From assembly GCA_965644295.1 (NCBI GenBank), contig CBFFRP010000138.1, forward strand, positions 1 through 64,000: 64,000 nt of DNA, in the 5' to 3' direction. The DNA comes from Paraphysomonas bandaiensis (lineage: Eukaryota > Protista > Chrysophyceae). Positions 20,683 to 33,223 of this stretch are shown here, one piece after another. The translations under genes and the position numbers were made by a program. How positions within the stretch are numbered: the first letter of the stretch is position 1; each line of letters starts with the position of its first letter. Under the pieces are notes generated by a model. That model was not told the origin of the DNA. It saw nothing but the letters and a program-made list of their open reading frames with translations, and ran no database searches.

Positions 20683-23093
20683 TTATTGGTTCTCCTGAAG
20701 CATGGATTCCGCTATTCTGGCTATAATCTCTATATTGGTAAGAGTAATATGATGTTTATCGCTAGTTGCGTAAACTTCACTTTCTATCTCTAAAGACCTG
20801 TACATAAGACCCGCAGCTTGTGCAATAAATTTAAATATCTGATTCAGGATTGACTCTAACTCTATGACCCCTCCGCCAGGATACATATAGCCAATCAAGG
20901 ACAAACCAGCGCCATGCTGCCCAATTACCACCTAAATGCATCTAATTATCGCCTGATGCAATCACATAGAATTCTCAAACCTTGGATTCAGAAAAAACGC
21001 GTATCTGTTCACAAAGTGTGTGTTCTTCGGGGTTGAAGACAACCACTTTCGCTTCATCAGGAAGCAGGGCAGACAATGATGAAATGAAATAGTTGAGATT
21101 GATAATGCTTCTGCGCTTACTACCTGGTAGGTAAAATACATCGGCGTCAAATACTAAGTACACAAACAAATCGTAGAATAATATGCACATACCCTGGATC
21201 CGCTTGGTTGTTATCACACTATTCGTCCATAAACCCGAGTCATAGTAGTGCTTGAGAGCTGGATGGTCTTCGGCCTGGTCTCTGTCAGCTCTTTCATCGA
21301 CACTATATTTGAGTCTAGATGTCAGCCCCCTCTTCACGACAAGTATTTGTTTACTGTTTCGAGTTTCATTTATTCCGCACGCCCCAAGCATATGCTTTCT
21401 AGCTTCAGAAAGCTCATCAGATCGAAGGAGATTGATATCGAATTCTTTAGGAGCCCCCAAACCGGATATAAAAACCTAATGGCCCCATAGACTGTATGTT
21501 ATCTACAATCATATATCTAAAAACACATCTACCTCAGTTGCGTTCTCAGGAACTTCTTCAACTTTCCTAAATGATATGAACTGCCTATGAGGGTACGCTA
21601 GTCGAAGAAAATCCAAAGCAAATACTCCGACTTCCAATACGTATATCGGGGCGTCTTGCCTAGAAAATGCCTCGTGCAAGTTATGAGCGGCTATAAAGGG
21701 CCAAAGAAGGTCATGCTGACAGTGACCAAAATTATGCAAAGCCATGCCATTAGTGACTAGTCGCAACACATATGGAGTCATGGCGGTAGTGTTACTATTG
21801 CTGTTAATAGCTTTTGATCTTATATTCTTCCAGAAGGCCGCTTCAGACCCATTTCTGCGCCACATGCCGAATTGTTTATCGACACGGGCCATGGTTAATG
21901 TGTCAATCATGAAAGTGTCTCCTTCTGCAATATACCGACCGTGTATCCTGTTCAAGTAGCATATGGAGTTAGTGTATAATTTACAATGAAGTCCCATGAC
22001 ACAAAAACAGGTCAATACTATTATTCTTACTCACATTTTCAGAGCCGTAATAGCTTCAGAGGCAGTTATCCACCCATGGTAGTAGAGGTACTTTCTCGTT
22101 TCCCATAGAGCTGAGTAGGCCAGAGATATGGCGTTCTTAGACAGCTCCTTCAAATGTCTGGAGAGGATGTAGGTCAGTCGGTAAATAGTTTGGAAGTTTA
22201 TTTTAGCAGCTGTGATAGTATATGCCGCTGTATACATAAAAATAACATTAGAACGCTACATAACACATCTGCAGTATAAAAGTAAGTACCCACCCATTAC
22301 TCTACTGTGCAATTCGCGGACAACAGCGTCAGCCCCTTCCTCGAGGTCTTGACTACTTCTTCTACCAATCTCTTCACATTCATGGCTAACTCCAGGCACT
22401 CCCATCCCTTGGCATACCCGTAGATGAAAGGTCGATGGATCAAATTCCCCTAAACGACCATATATTAGGCCATATGTTTGCTGTACGGTAGCTGCTTCTG
22501 GGGGAGTCAGATTCAGCAGTGCTTGCTGGGAATGAGCCAAAAACATTCCATCGCTGTCTATATTCTGAGTCTCAAAGGCTTTAGCCATGTGAGTTCTGTA
22601 GGAAATATCTCTATAATCTACGAAGTAAACTCACACAACATAATGCAGTGAAAATGTGGGCCCTGCCTGGAAGCTTGTGAGGATAGAATACTAGTCTTGC
22701 GACTTCTTCCAGCTCTCTGTCGCTACGTATGATGTCCGACGTAGTCCTAGCAAGGATATCTACATGTCTCGAACAGTTCATAATCAGAGCCAGAGTGCGC
22801 ACGGCTCGGCATCTCTGATGGTAAGTGGCCTCAGGGTGTCCCAATGCATGTCGCACTAGCACATATGCCTGTCGAATATCTCCCTGCCAGGCATACCATT
22901 CCGACAGCTCTATTCCACTATAGAAGTATGAGTTAGATAGGAGGGTTATGTCAAGGGAATTATTTGCATATACGCACTTGTTAATGCGTTGAGTAGTGTT
23001 GCCTAGAAAAGAAGGTCCTTGGAGGGCGTTGATGCAACTCCCTTGCAAGGAAAGTACAGCCACTACTACAGCATGAAGGAATATGGCCACCAT
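20683..23093 (-). CDS. Glycosyltransferase family 61 (DUF563)-like protein, multi-exon
   Basis: N-terminal signal/TM; NFGH, RSIIN, EQIRVF and VIGQHGAGLS...GGVIEL motifs. Confidence 0.8.
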
Positions 23094-23609
23094 ATGAAGT
23101 ATGCTGCGGTAAAATAGAGTTATTGGGAAATGATATGAATAGTATGTGCTGTCCAGCTAAACTATGCAAGATTATGATATAGTGCTTGACGCAGAGTGCA
23201 ATATCTACACAGACAATTCCAAGCCGCGTAGAAAAACTGGATATCCAGCTGTATATGCTGTGTATTTTTACTGATATCTAGTACAGTATATATCGAAAAT
23301 ATCACTTTCTGAGTACGAAGCAGCACTGAATTTCATGGATTTTGACTGTCTGGATGAATGGAAACTCCGATTCTTGGTAACGGTGGCGTAATGCAGAGAG
23401 GAGTGCATCACATACCACGATGTCGCACCCCCGTCATTGCAAGGGTTGCAAGAAGTCTGCCGCGCGTCATAAGACTGATTTTACAGTTCCAATTACCCAG
23501 CAGCAGTATGGCCTGTCTTCTTGTGTATGTGTAGATATGTGGGTATATCGCGGTTGTATGATATAGACAAGTAGAGTTGCCATACAGGCCCAGCAGCGGA
23601 CAACTAACA

Positions 23610-26600
23610 ATGGACGCCAGCATATCGGTTGAAGCTCTTTCCCACCAAGGAGATCTCTCCTATTTTGATTCGGATGAGGAAATCCCTGATGATACATCTG
23701 GAGACTTCACCTCCTTCAGGGACATATCGTTTAAGTCGGAGGAGATGCGACAGTTACTAAAATTAGAGCAGCTAGAGAGAGAGGATAAATTTGTATCACC
23801 CATCTCCTATGATGCCAGAAACATGTTTCCGAGCTGGATTCTGGTAGGATTATTAATCACTGTATATTTTTGGTTTAATATAGAGGAAGGACGATCCAGA
23901 ATGGAAACTCACTTCGGCGAAGTATCGGGATAAAATTTCGGAGGTAAGCGTTCATTTGTTGGTAAAATGATCCTTATTTATACTCGTAATTTGTAGGTCA
24001 TGCAAACTCCGTACAACCAGCGATCACAGGAGCAGGTCTCAACTTTGATTCACTGGCTAATGACCGTTTGGGAAACAGCTAATAGAATGGGATTCAAGAG
24101 ATGTGGGGCCATGACAAAGGTAGCACCTCCTAGCTTATGTAGAAAAATTACCATGTGGGTGTTCACTAATAGTGCTGCATTCATATGTAGGTGTTTCATT
24201 ACTTAACGTATGAGCCTGGTGAGAATATTATCACTGAGGGGGAGCGTGGTTTGACCTTCTATATTATCATATCTGGCACTTGCATTGTACACAAGAAGGT
24301 TACTAACTATCTACCAACTTCATATATGTCTGCTTATGCCATCGATAGAATATTGGAACAGTTGCCACGATTAGTAAAGGGCAGAGCTTTGGAGAAATTG
24401 CATTGACAGAGGGGAAAGACTTGAGAACAGCTACAGTTCAGGCTCAAACCAAGTACGAACGTTGGTGTCAATCTTATGCACATGAATTCGTTGTTGTCTT
24501 TTAAAGATATGTGGACATTATCATTGATATATTCATGTATTGGATTGATAACGTTGTACAGAGTGGAGCTATTGCGACTACATAAGGGAGACTATGATCA
24601 CTTCGTTAAAGACATTCAGGTGACTAGCCCCATTACAGTATGCAGTTAGTATACTGAATACCCGACTGCTTAATAAATATTTTACAAGCACGATTCTATG
24701 ATCTAAAAAGTGGCATTTGTTTAAATTAACCGAATTGTATATCTTTAGTTGGCTGAACGAAGGGAGAATCTCCAGGTGCGACTAATTCAACTTCTATGTA
24801 TATGATGACGAATTTGTAGTTTCTTCATTTAGCAGTATACATCTTGTGTTCTCTTACTATGTTGTACATTTCCCTCTTACTGACTACTGACTACGTATCT
24901 CTTTTATTTTGGGTGTAAGTGGGAAGAATGTTGTAGGTTCTTAAGAGCTGTCAAATATTCAAATCATGGAGTCGAATGAAGATTCAGCAAATCGTAAATA
25001 CCGTGATTCGTCGATCATTCTTGCCGGGTGAATATATATTCAAGCAGGTCGCCCACTAGTGATAAGCTTGTAGGAACTTGTATATGATCACTGTATACAC
25101 TATATAAACTAGTGTTTGATATATGCTACATATATCCTTCGTTACTGTTATTCATAGGGGGAAGTTCCAGACTGTGTGTATGTAATTGTCGATGGGTTTG
25201 TATCAATCATCAAAGAAATTCATATAGCGGTCAGAAACAGGTCGGTGTAAATCTTTTGCGTGTGATGAATGTATTGATATACATTACTCATCACTATTTG
25301 TAATTTAATATTTGGGAAGTACTTTAATTGAAGATGTTTTATATTCACTGTGGTCGGTACAGATGGCCTGTAGGTATGCACGAATGGAATACGGTTACAA
25401 AAAAAACAGTCAAGCCCTATTGTGTATGCGAGCTGAAAAGAGGTGCTCAGTTTGGAGAGCAGTCTGTAGTTAAAGGGACACGAAGAAGTGCCACTGCCAG
25501 AGCACGAACCAAGTAAGTTGTGTGTTGTACATGCATCAATGACAGTAAACCATTCATACAATAGAGTAACTGTTCTATGTCTGGATAAGAAAGAGTTCAT
25601 GCATATGCTTAAAGACACACCAGCAATGGCGGCAATTAAAAATTTTGTTGATTCGTATGTAGGTATTGAGACTAATAATGTTTTCTTTGCTTATGTACTT
25701 TAACACATGACTAAGAGGACAGTGTGATACTCAACTCAGTTACGGAGCTGAAGGGTGGTCCATCGACTACTGCTCAACTGAACGATTACGTGATCACAGC
25801 TTGTGATATGAGCGAAGTCCGCCCTGCATCTCCTTCAATATCCATTGTTGAGGAACCCGTGCCCAGTCCACGTTCGCCCACCGGAATATCTACCCCTGGA
25901 CTTACTGGGGCTGGCAGGAGAGGCCGGCGGTCGAGGTTCGGTGCCCCTAATAATCTATTAATGTGTGGATAAATTGTACACAGTTTATTCCGTATCCAAG
26001 TTGACGCACTAAATTCCGGCGATAAAGAACGTGAGTTCAAGGAGTATATTTTCATGCGTGTTACTTGTTCATATTTATCACATAGACCGTAGCATCCCGT
26101 TATTCAGTCCAGAGATTAAGAAAGATGGTAACAGTTTCTTCTCTCATGAGACGGCGCTAGTAAAAAGTAAGGAGAAGTTACGAAGCAGTAGTATCAACAA
26201 AAAAAGCCCAAACAAGGATAGCATAGGGAGCAGTATATGTTCTATGGGAAATTCCCGCCTTTCAAGACACAAAGAAATGTTTCAGTTTAGACGTACAACC
26301 TCCTCTACGGAGAGATTTATGAAGCAATACAATGCGGCATTAGATGCCACTGCGAAGAACAGCAAAGATACCCCATCAGTGGTAAACAACATTAACAAGC
26401 TATCTACATCTACCTTTGAAGATGACGGAAGGAAAAGTCTCATGCTGAGTGATACATCACCTGCTGACAGGTATTTCCATGTACTTTACTAAAGTCTGCC
26501 ATGCGTATGGGATCTAGACGATATGTACACCACAATCCTCAATACAATGTTTCGTGCTGAACGCAGGAATGCTTTTGAGATGTCGGAAGTGCTTACTGCG

Positions 26601-26840
26601 ACGCAACCTACGAAAAGTATCAGTAAGCGACGATTTCCTTCTCAGAAAAGGTTATTGTTTTCGGAACCATTTACCCCTATCAAAGAGTCTGTAAATATTA
26701 CCCCAACATTATGTAAGTCACCTACTTTGCATCCACTGAGACCTATTCCAAGCCCCATTAAGGTGAAAGTAAAGTAAGTACTTTTAATATTATGTATGTG
26801 TTCTGAACTATGTTAACAGAACGCAGAAATTGACACGTTA
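23610..26840 (+). CDS. Cyclic-nucleotide-binding domain protein (two cNMP domains), multi-exon
   Basis: GENIITEGERGLTFYIIISG, SFGEIAL...RTATV; second domain GEYIFKQ, FGEQSV...RSATARA; low-complexity C-terminus; 3' end approximate. Confidence 0.8.
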
Positions 26841-27358
26841 ATGAAGTGCTGCGAATTCTGTTTCTGGTACTTAGCTGAATTACTCACTATATATGTGCCA
26901 GTTTATGTACTTATTTAAAGTTTTTGTGACTCTTGTGTATTGTCGGTGTGAAATGCGAAATGAGTTCCCATTTTTCTAGTATTTTAACTGTTTCGTGTAC
27001 TTCTCTTGTAGTGCCATAGTCGCCAACATATAACTCATGCGCTGATATGATGCCTGACAATATAGTTGAATATAATTAGTAGAATATATGTGCGATAACT
27101 CTTAAATGCGACTGTGTCATTCATATCCAGTTAGTTATACGCGCAAAGGCTTGGCACTCACCGTTTTCTGCATTGACTTCGAATCCACAGTGATTAAATT
27201 GGGTGGTTGGATACTATAGAGCATTAGCTTAACTAATATAATATCCTGTAGACAAATCCTTTCAGTAGCACATATGACCCTCGATATATTACTAAACCTC
27301 GTCTAATTGGTTGAACTATCGTCACTGTAATTCATGGGGTTGGTCCTCGTCAAAATAA

Positions 27359-28232
27359 TAGTACTGAATGTCTGATTATTACCAATAGGCGTGTAAGAGT
27401 CAAAACTAATGTAGCAACAATTTAACTAACAAGTGCTTACTCTGACATCCTACTAATTAGCGCTACGAAAGCTGCTTGCGCGTCACCGCAAGCACCAAGA
27501 TACAACCGCTTTTGCTCTCTCTGTCCTTAAGGTGTTCCGGGATGCTTGATTTTAGCAGGCAGCCCAATACCCCGGATGCCTATTTATTCATCAAGGTCCA
27601 AAGTCGAATAAAAAAAATTGACACGTATTAGCGTCCCTTGTACCACACAATCACATAAGTGTCCCTTGTATGAGAATATCTCATTATTACATGAGACCGG
27701 TTGTAATCAATGTATATATCTATAGACATACTAACTTGATTTGCTATATTATACTAGTGATGGATCAACCGTCTGGGTCTACTTGTGCATTGCTGCGAGC
27801 ACCATGGCGCAACCGTCCCTTGTAAAGTGAAATTAGTCTGGGGGGTATACCTTTGTTGGGCAAAATGTGTCCTGTGTGTAGCACAGATGAGTTGAGGGGT
27901 GGAGGGGGTAATGTGTAGATGAGAGTGTAAGTCGATGGCGGAAATGCTGCTACTCGGCGTGCTGGAGATGCGGTCGAGGGCAAGGAGTAGTTGGCAAGGA
28001 GTATTTGTTTCCGGAGTATGTGCGCTTGATTTTGCCGGGTTCGGACTCTAGGGGGGAGTGGGGTTCTAGGGGTGGATGTCGCCCGTAATAGATGGAGTAT
28101 TGTCAGTGTTGGGCAGAACAATATCAGCTGACTATATATAATATGCGGCTCACCTTAGTTTCCCAGAGAAATATCTCCGATACTTATACCCCAGAACACC
28201 ACGAAAAGGAGCAAGTCCGACTTTGTTGAGGG
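27359..28232 (-). mobile_element. Full-length SINE-like retroposon with a roughly 450-bp internal insertion and 12-bp TSD
   Basis: Sense 5' end CCCTCAACAAAG, 3' end CAGACATTCAGTAC; TSD TCGTCAAAATAA (27347-27358) / TCGTCAAATTAA (28233-28244). Confidence 0.8.
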
Positions 28233-29246
28233 TCGTCAAATTAACACATTATTGAAATTGGTCTATATTTGTTAAAAACCCAGTCATACACAGTTACAGA
28301 ACGATGAAGTAGTTATAACAGTGAAGTAATATAATCACTGCATACCAGTACCTCAGAAGTAGAGCTCACGACCTACATCGCCTTTTTTGCCACTGACCGC
28401 TAGTGCCTTGACTCGCTCTTCATACATCACTTTTGAGATGTGCGAATGATGTGTATAGCTCTGTACATATAATCTTAATTAGTCCTCACGTCCAAAACAT
28501 GATGGTAAGCTTGTGCAATGCAGGAAGGGCTCTCATCAACTCCGAATCTGTATATATATATGATATATGATGGCCCTCAGCCCTCAGATCATGAAACTAG
28601 AAGAATACCTACGCTCGCTACCCACAGTATCTGAATGGTATGCGCCTTGTGTGCGGTTACGGAGTAGTGCCTTTGTTGGTTGTGTTTTAATATGTTGAAC
28701 TTTAATTCGTAATAACTAATGACGAGATTTCAGTTTCTTGGCTAGTTACACTAAAATTGGTGTGATGAGATAACTCAACTACATTGAATCATACAGTCCA
28801 GACGACCCACATCCTCACGCTAAGACCAGAGCTACCTTACACAAACTATTATCAACGTATCACTTTTGTATATCCCGTGAATTTACCCTCATGGATGAGA
28901 AAAATACATTTTGTAATGCTTACGGAACCACTATAATAACATCTTTGTGTATATCAAAGAGCGTTGTTGCTGACATTTTACTCTTTTTTTCGAGAGTATA
29001 GATTTTGACATCATATATTGGGTATATTACTAGAGAAAACACACACATGAAGTAGCCAGTATATACATTCTTTGTCCATTTTAAAATGGATTTCCATGTA
29101 GGATACAACCATCAAGCTAGCTAAAAAACAATCAATAATGGGTAAAATATCATGGTATCGTGTCCGATATCACAGACTTACAGCTACTCCTCGATAGGTT
29201 TCAAGCGCGCCTGCAAAGTATATATAATTTTAATAGCCGAATTTAT

Positions 29247-30563
29247 TCATACAAGAAACAAACACATATTGTTTGACAAGCCACATACCTTGATACTGAA
29301 GGTAGATTCCAAGCATATACCGGTAGGTTCTCCTGTTGGAGTCACAGATGGTTCAGAAGTCGGATTAGCGGAAGGGCAGGTCGTGGGGGTCAAGGTAGGA
29401 GACAGTGTTGGGTTGAAGGTTGGATCAAATGAAGGACTTCCGGTTATAGTCGCAGAATTAAATCTCACCTGGCAAAGATGAGACACCCCCTCCGCACTTT
29501 GGCTCTCCCCAACCACTACAGTATACACTGTCTCGGATGTCGTGTGATCTGTCTCCTCGTCATCACACTTGTCCTCTTGCGTAATTATACTGGAGGAAGT
29601 GGTTGTGCGATCAAATACCCGTAACCCAGTCGAATCCGACAGACTGGTAACAGTACCAATAATGCCATAGACACCAGGGTTATAGTCATACTCATGTACA
29701 AAATCAATGTTGACTTTCGTACTCGTAACGTCCGTAAACCCAGCGGTTTCGATTATCATTCCTTCATCACATAAAATCGCTGTACCTGTGGTGAAGACCA
29801 TGAAAGCCAGCTTCTCGACATCGAGTTCATAATATGATGGATAATTTGCTGCATCGTGAGGTACTAGAATATACTGCGCAAAAAATCGAGCCACATTCTT
29901 CGCCCGAACCAATAAAAACATGTCCTTGCCTTCTTCCTTCACATTGTTATTGGTCTGCAGCTGGGCGATCGTCCCTCCCCCATTCTCTAGTCGACAATAA
30001 TCTGATGGATTGGAGGAATCGCAACCAGTTGGATAAAAGGCCCGAATGATATTTCCATTAAAGTTATTGGCATCGGTAGCATCATCTTGACGGGTTATAT
30101 TTAAAGAGCTGATATAAAAAACATCCGATCCAGTGAACGAATAGGCTCCTTCTTCTACCACTACCCACGATACCTGTAGAGGGGGATAAATAAATCCACT
30201 CACTGTGTAATGGTCACAAAACGAGTCGTTCGGCTGTACTAATTTGAGGTCAAAAGTTAGACTTCCATCAGGGTTTCTAAGTGGTTTATTTCTTAGTTTT
30301 GTAGCAGCTGGATAGCCGTCATTACTGGTCTCTCCGGCTATATTCGGAAGGCTGATAAAGACAACCACATCCCCGATGAATTCTTGATTGCGAGTTGTAA
30401 TCGTTCGCCAATTCTTATCGTCTAGTGATATAAAACCAGTCTCAAGAAAAGTATGATTAACAGGAGCATGTAATATGAGGTCAGTTACAGCAGACTGGCA
30501 TAGCGCAGGCGTGTAGAATAGATGTATCAGTACAGAGAACAATGCGGTGAACGAGAGGTACAT
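29247..30563 (-). CDS. Secreted/surface protein with PT/PS repeats (first large exon; further exons probably extend to about 28350)
   Basis: Signal peptide; beta-rich body; PSFDPTFNPTLSPTLTPT repeats. Confidence 0.7.
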   Translation of the reverse strand: MYLSFTALFSVLIHLFYTPALCQSAVTDLILHAPVNHTFLETGFISLDDKNWRTITTRNQEFIGDVVVFISLPNIAGETSNDGYPAATKLRNKPLRNPDGSLTFDLKLVQPNDSFCDHYTVSGFIYPPLQVSWVVVEEGAYSFTGSDVFYISSLNITRQDDATDANNFNGNIIRAFYPTGCDSSNPSDYCRLENGGGTIAQLQTNNNVKEEGKDMFLLVRAKNVARFFAQYILVPHDAANYPSYYELDVEKLAFMVFTTGTAILCDEGMIIETAGFTDVTSTKVNIDFVHEYDYNPGVYGIIGTVTSLSDSTGLRVFDRTTTSSSIITQEDKCDDEETDHTTSETVYTVVVGESQSAEGVSHLCQVRFNSATITGSPSFDPTFNPTLSPTLTPTTCPSANPTSEPSVTPTGEPTGICLESTFSIKVCGLSNNMCLFLV

Positions 30564-31905
30564 AAAGACGATTGATAAAGTGGTATGATAGTTGGGTTAA
30601 CTCATACAATAAGCAGATAGCAGTGTACTACACGAAGTGGTCTATCAATCGAATACTACACACAGACTTCAATAGCTAAGATACAGCGATGCATAGATAT
30701 AACAGACATCCTGCTCTATTCATCTACATACTGTATATACTACGTACGAAAATACAAGGTTTTAAAAAGATCTTCTTTCATTTCGTTCTAAAAAGCCTGT
30801 GTTTTTGGGCATACAGCCCTACGAATCTACTGTATATACTGTCAGTACTGTAGTTCGTAGTAGTACAGTGGAATATACAGTATGTATATAGTACGTAGTT
30901 TACAGAATCATAAAAGTAACTGTTGCAGTCCTGACATATCCATAGATAGAGATGGATATCTAGCCTCCAGCAAGTCACTGAGTTGTTCTTGTGACTCACA
31001 AGCCTGCGCTGCTCAACAGTTTTATATTTACACTTCTTCTGTATGAGTTCTTACAATATAACGATATAACAGTACTGTTAATTATAAACCTTCAGTAATG
31101 TTTACCTGTTAGTCTCCAACAGTGCCTTGCAATAGTACTATCAACGTGTGCATTATGTGACAATATCTTATGCTAGTACATTTATGACCTGGAACAGCAC
31201 AACTTGATGCGATAGCATTATTACTACATTACTGTTGTGGGAAAAGACTGTTATTTCATGATGCGATGACACTTCAAGAACTTATGTGATGAATATGTTT
31301 GCATGGGATCTCAATATAGTTCATATTAGATGGATTTTGTTTTAATAAATGGAGATATACACATAATTGAATGGAAATAAGGACAAGGTGTCGTATCTAC
31401 TCCAACGTGATAAATATATCAAGATATAGTAAAATTTGTCATAGAAAGGTGTAGACCTTGTATTAGGCACTCGCAATTTGAATAAGAAGGTAGAGATATA
31501 CCAAGAGTTCAATTATAGCTTGTAATAATATCCGTGAGTTTATACAATGAGAATGAAACAGTTTTGGGTCACATTGATGCTACCACTGCATGTAATAAGC
31601 CAGAGTGATATGGTATTAAAAAAGATTAAATAAGAACCTTTTTGGTGCAGTATTGCCCGTAAGAATATTACAACGATTTTTAGTATTGTTGGCAGGTTCC
31701 CCAAGCATATAATCATAGAAATCTAAATACTTGTAGTATATTCTGCCATCTCATCCACTATATTTTATCGATACCACCAATGTGTCAAAGGACATCTGGA
31801 CTGTTATCTTCGGCATTAGATACCTGGCCCCCTGGCCCTGCTACAACTGTGTAATATAGTGAAATAACTGTCAATATCAGAATGATAATAAAAGATAGTT
31901 TCTAT

Positions 31906-32269
31906 CAGGGCCTGGTAATCTTTAATCTTTAATGACCCATTAATGGTAGTTCAGTTCCTGGCAATTGTGATGACCATTAATGGCCATTAATACCTACTAA
32001 GTATATTTTATGAATGTGGGCGTTTTCTAGGTAAAATATGCATATTTTCAATGATTTTTGTAGCGTTTTTGGGTATATGAGTACGTTGTTATGCATATTG
32101 CTCAGGAAACTATCATCTCAAGTACCAGTACATGTCATCATGTCGTTAATGGGTTAATGGGATGCCATTAATGGTTGTTCCCGGCAATTATGTTGACATT
32201 AATGAAAAATGTCCCGGAAATTTTTATTGTATTATTAATGCCATTACCATTAAGGGTTACCAGGCCCTG
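31906..32269. mobile_element. hAT-type MITE (TIR CAGGGCCTGGTAA)
   Basis: CAGGGCCTGGTAA ... TTACCAGGCCCTG; 8-bp TSD GTTTCTAT/GTTTCTGT; internal CCATTAATGG motifs. Confidence 0.85.
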
Positions 32270-33223
32270 GTTTCTGTTCGAACCGAAGGTTGAAGTGGAA
32301 TGTCTATATTATCCAAGTGCTCAAATGTGAGCGTTATGTTGAATGTTAAACCCAATTCTGGTCAAAAAACGCTTTTTATACAAAATGGGGATTACGTCTG
32401 ATCATAACTGAAAGATATGTCTTTTCAAGATCTAAAGAACATGGATGGTTCGAAAAATTGATCGTTCACGATAGCTAGAGCTGTAACAAGTCGAACAAGG
32501 GCAAAGCAGCTGTGGTAGCTTATTCAAATAATAGTCATAGCATGATTGCAATATTAATACTCTTTACATAACTATTTCAAAGTGTATATTGAACAAAAGA
32601 CTGCAAACAGAACGTTTGAAATACTTTCCTTTCTACACCCAATTCGAAATAGCGACGAAAGGCACACTACGTTACGACATATTTAGCGCAACTCATGTAT
32701 CCTTTGAACTACATCGAACAATGAAGCAATTTCAAAATAAAATCTTCACAACATGGCATATAAAGGTCAAACTGACAGCGCAATCATTTCTAGTTGAAAC
32801 TACTCATAATTATCTTCGTATCGATATTCGTATTCTGCAGATTATACGATTAAACTAGAGTAGCATACTTACTGAACAAGCTCTGCAAACCCCATATATA
32901 ACAGAGATGCAGAAAAAGGAACACCGTACATCCCAAAAACATCCAGATGGACATATTGTTGTAATGACTCTAAACAAACTCGTATAGAGTGGTGATAGCA
33001 TAAAACAACGACTTGAACAATATCATTTATATCTTGCACGTATGACAATATTTCGATTATATGGGTCGGTACAATAGAGAAATATGGTACAATTGACTCA
33101 TTTGAGGCATATTACGCAATGTGGGGGCAGTGGTACTGGTGATTGTCGATCAAACACACAGAATGTGCATGACCAAATTGACAGGAAGCGTACTCGGTTT
33201 GTCTGGTCATAATATGACCAGAC

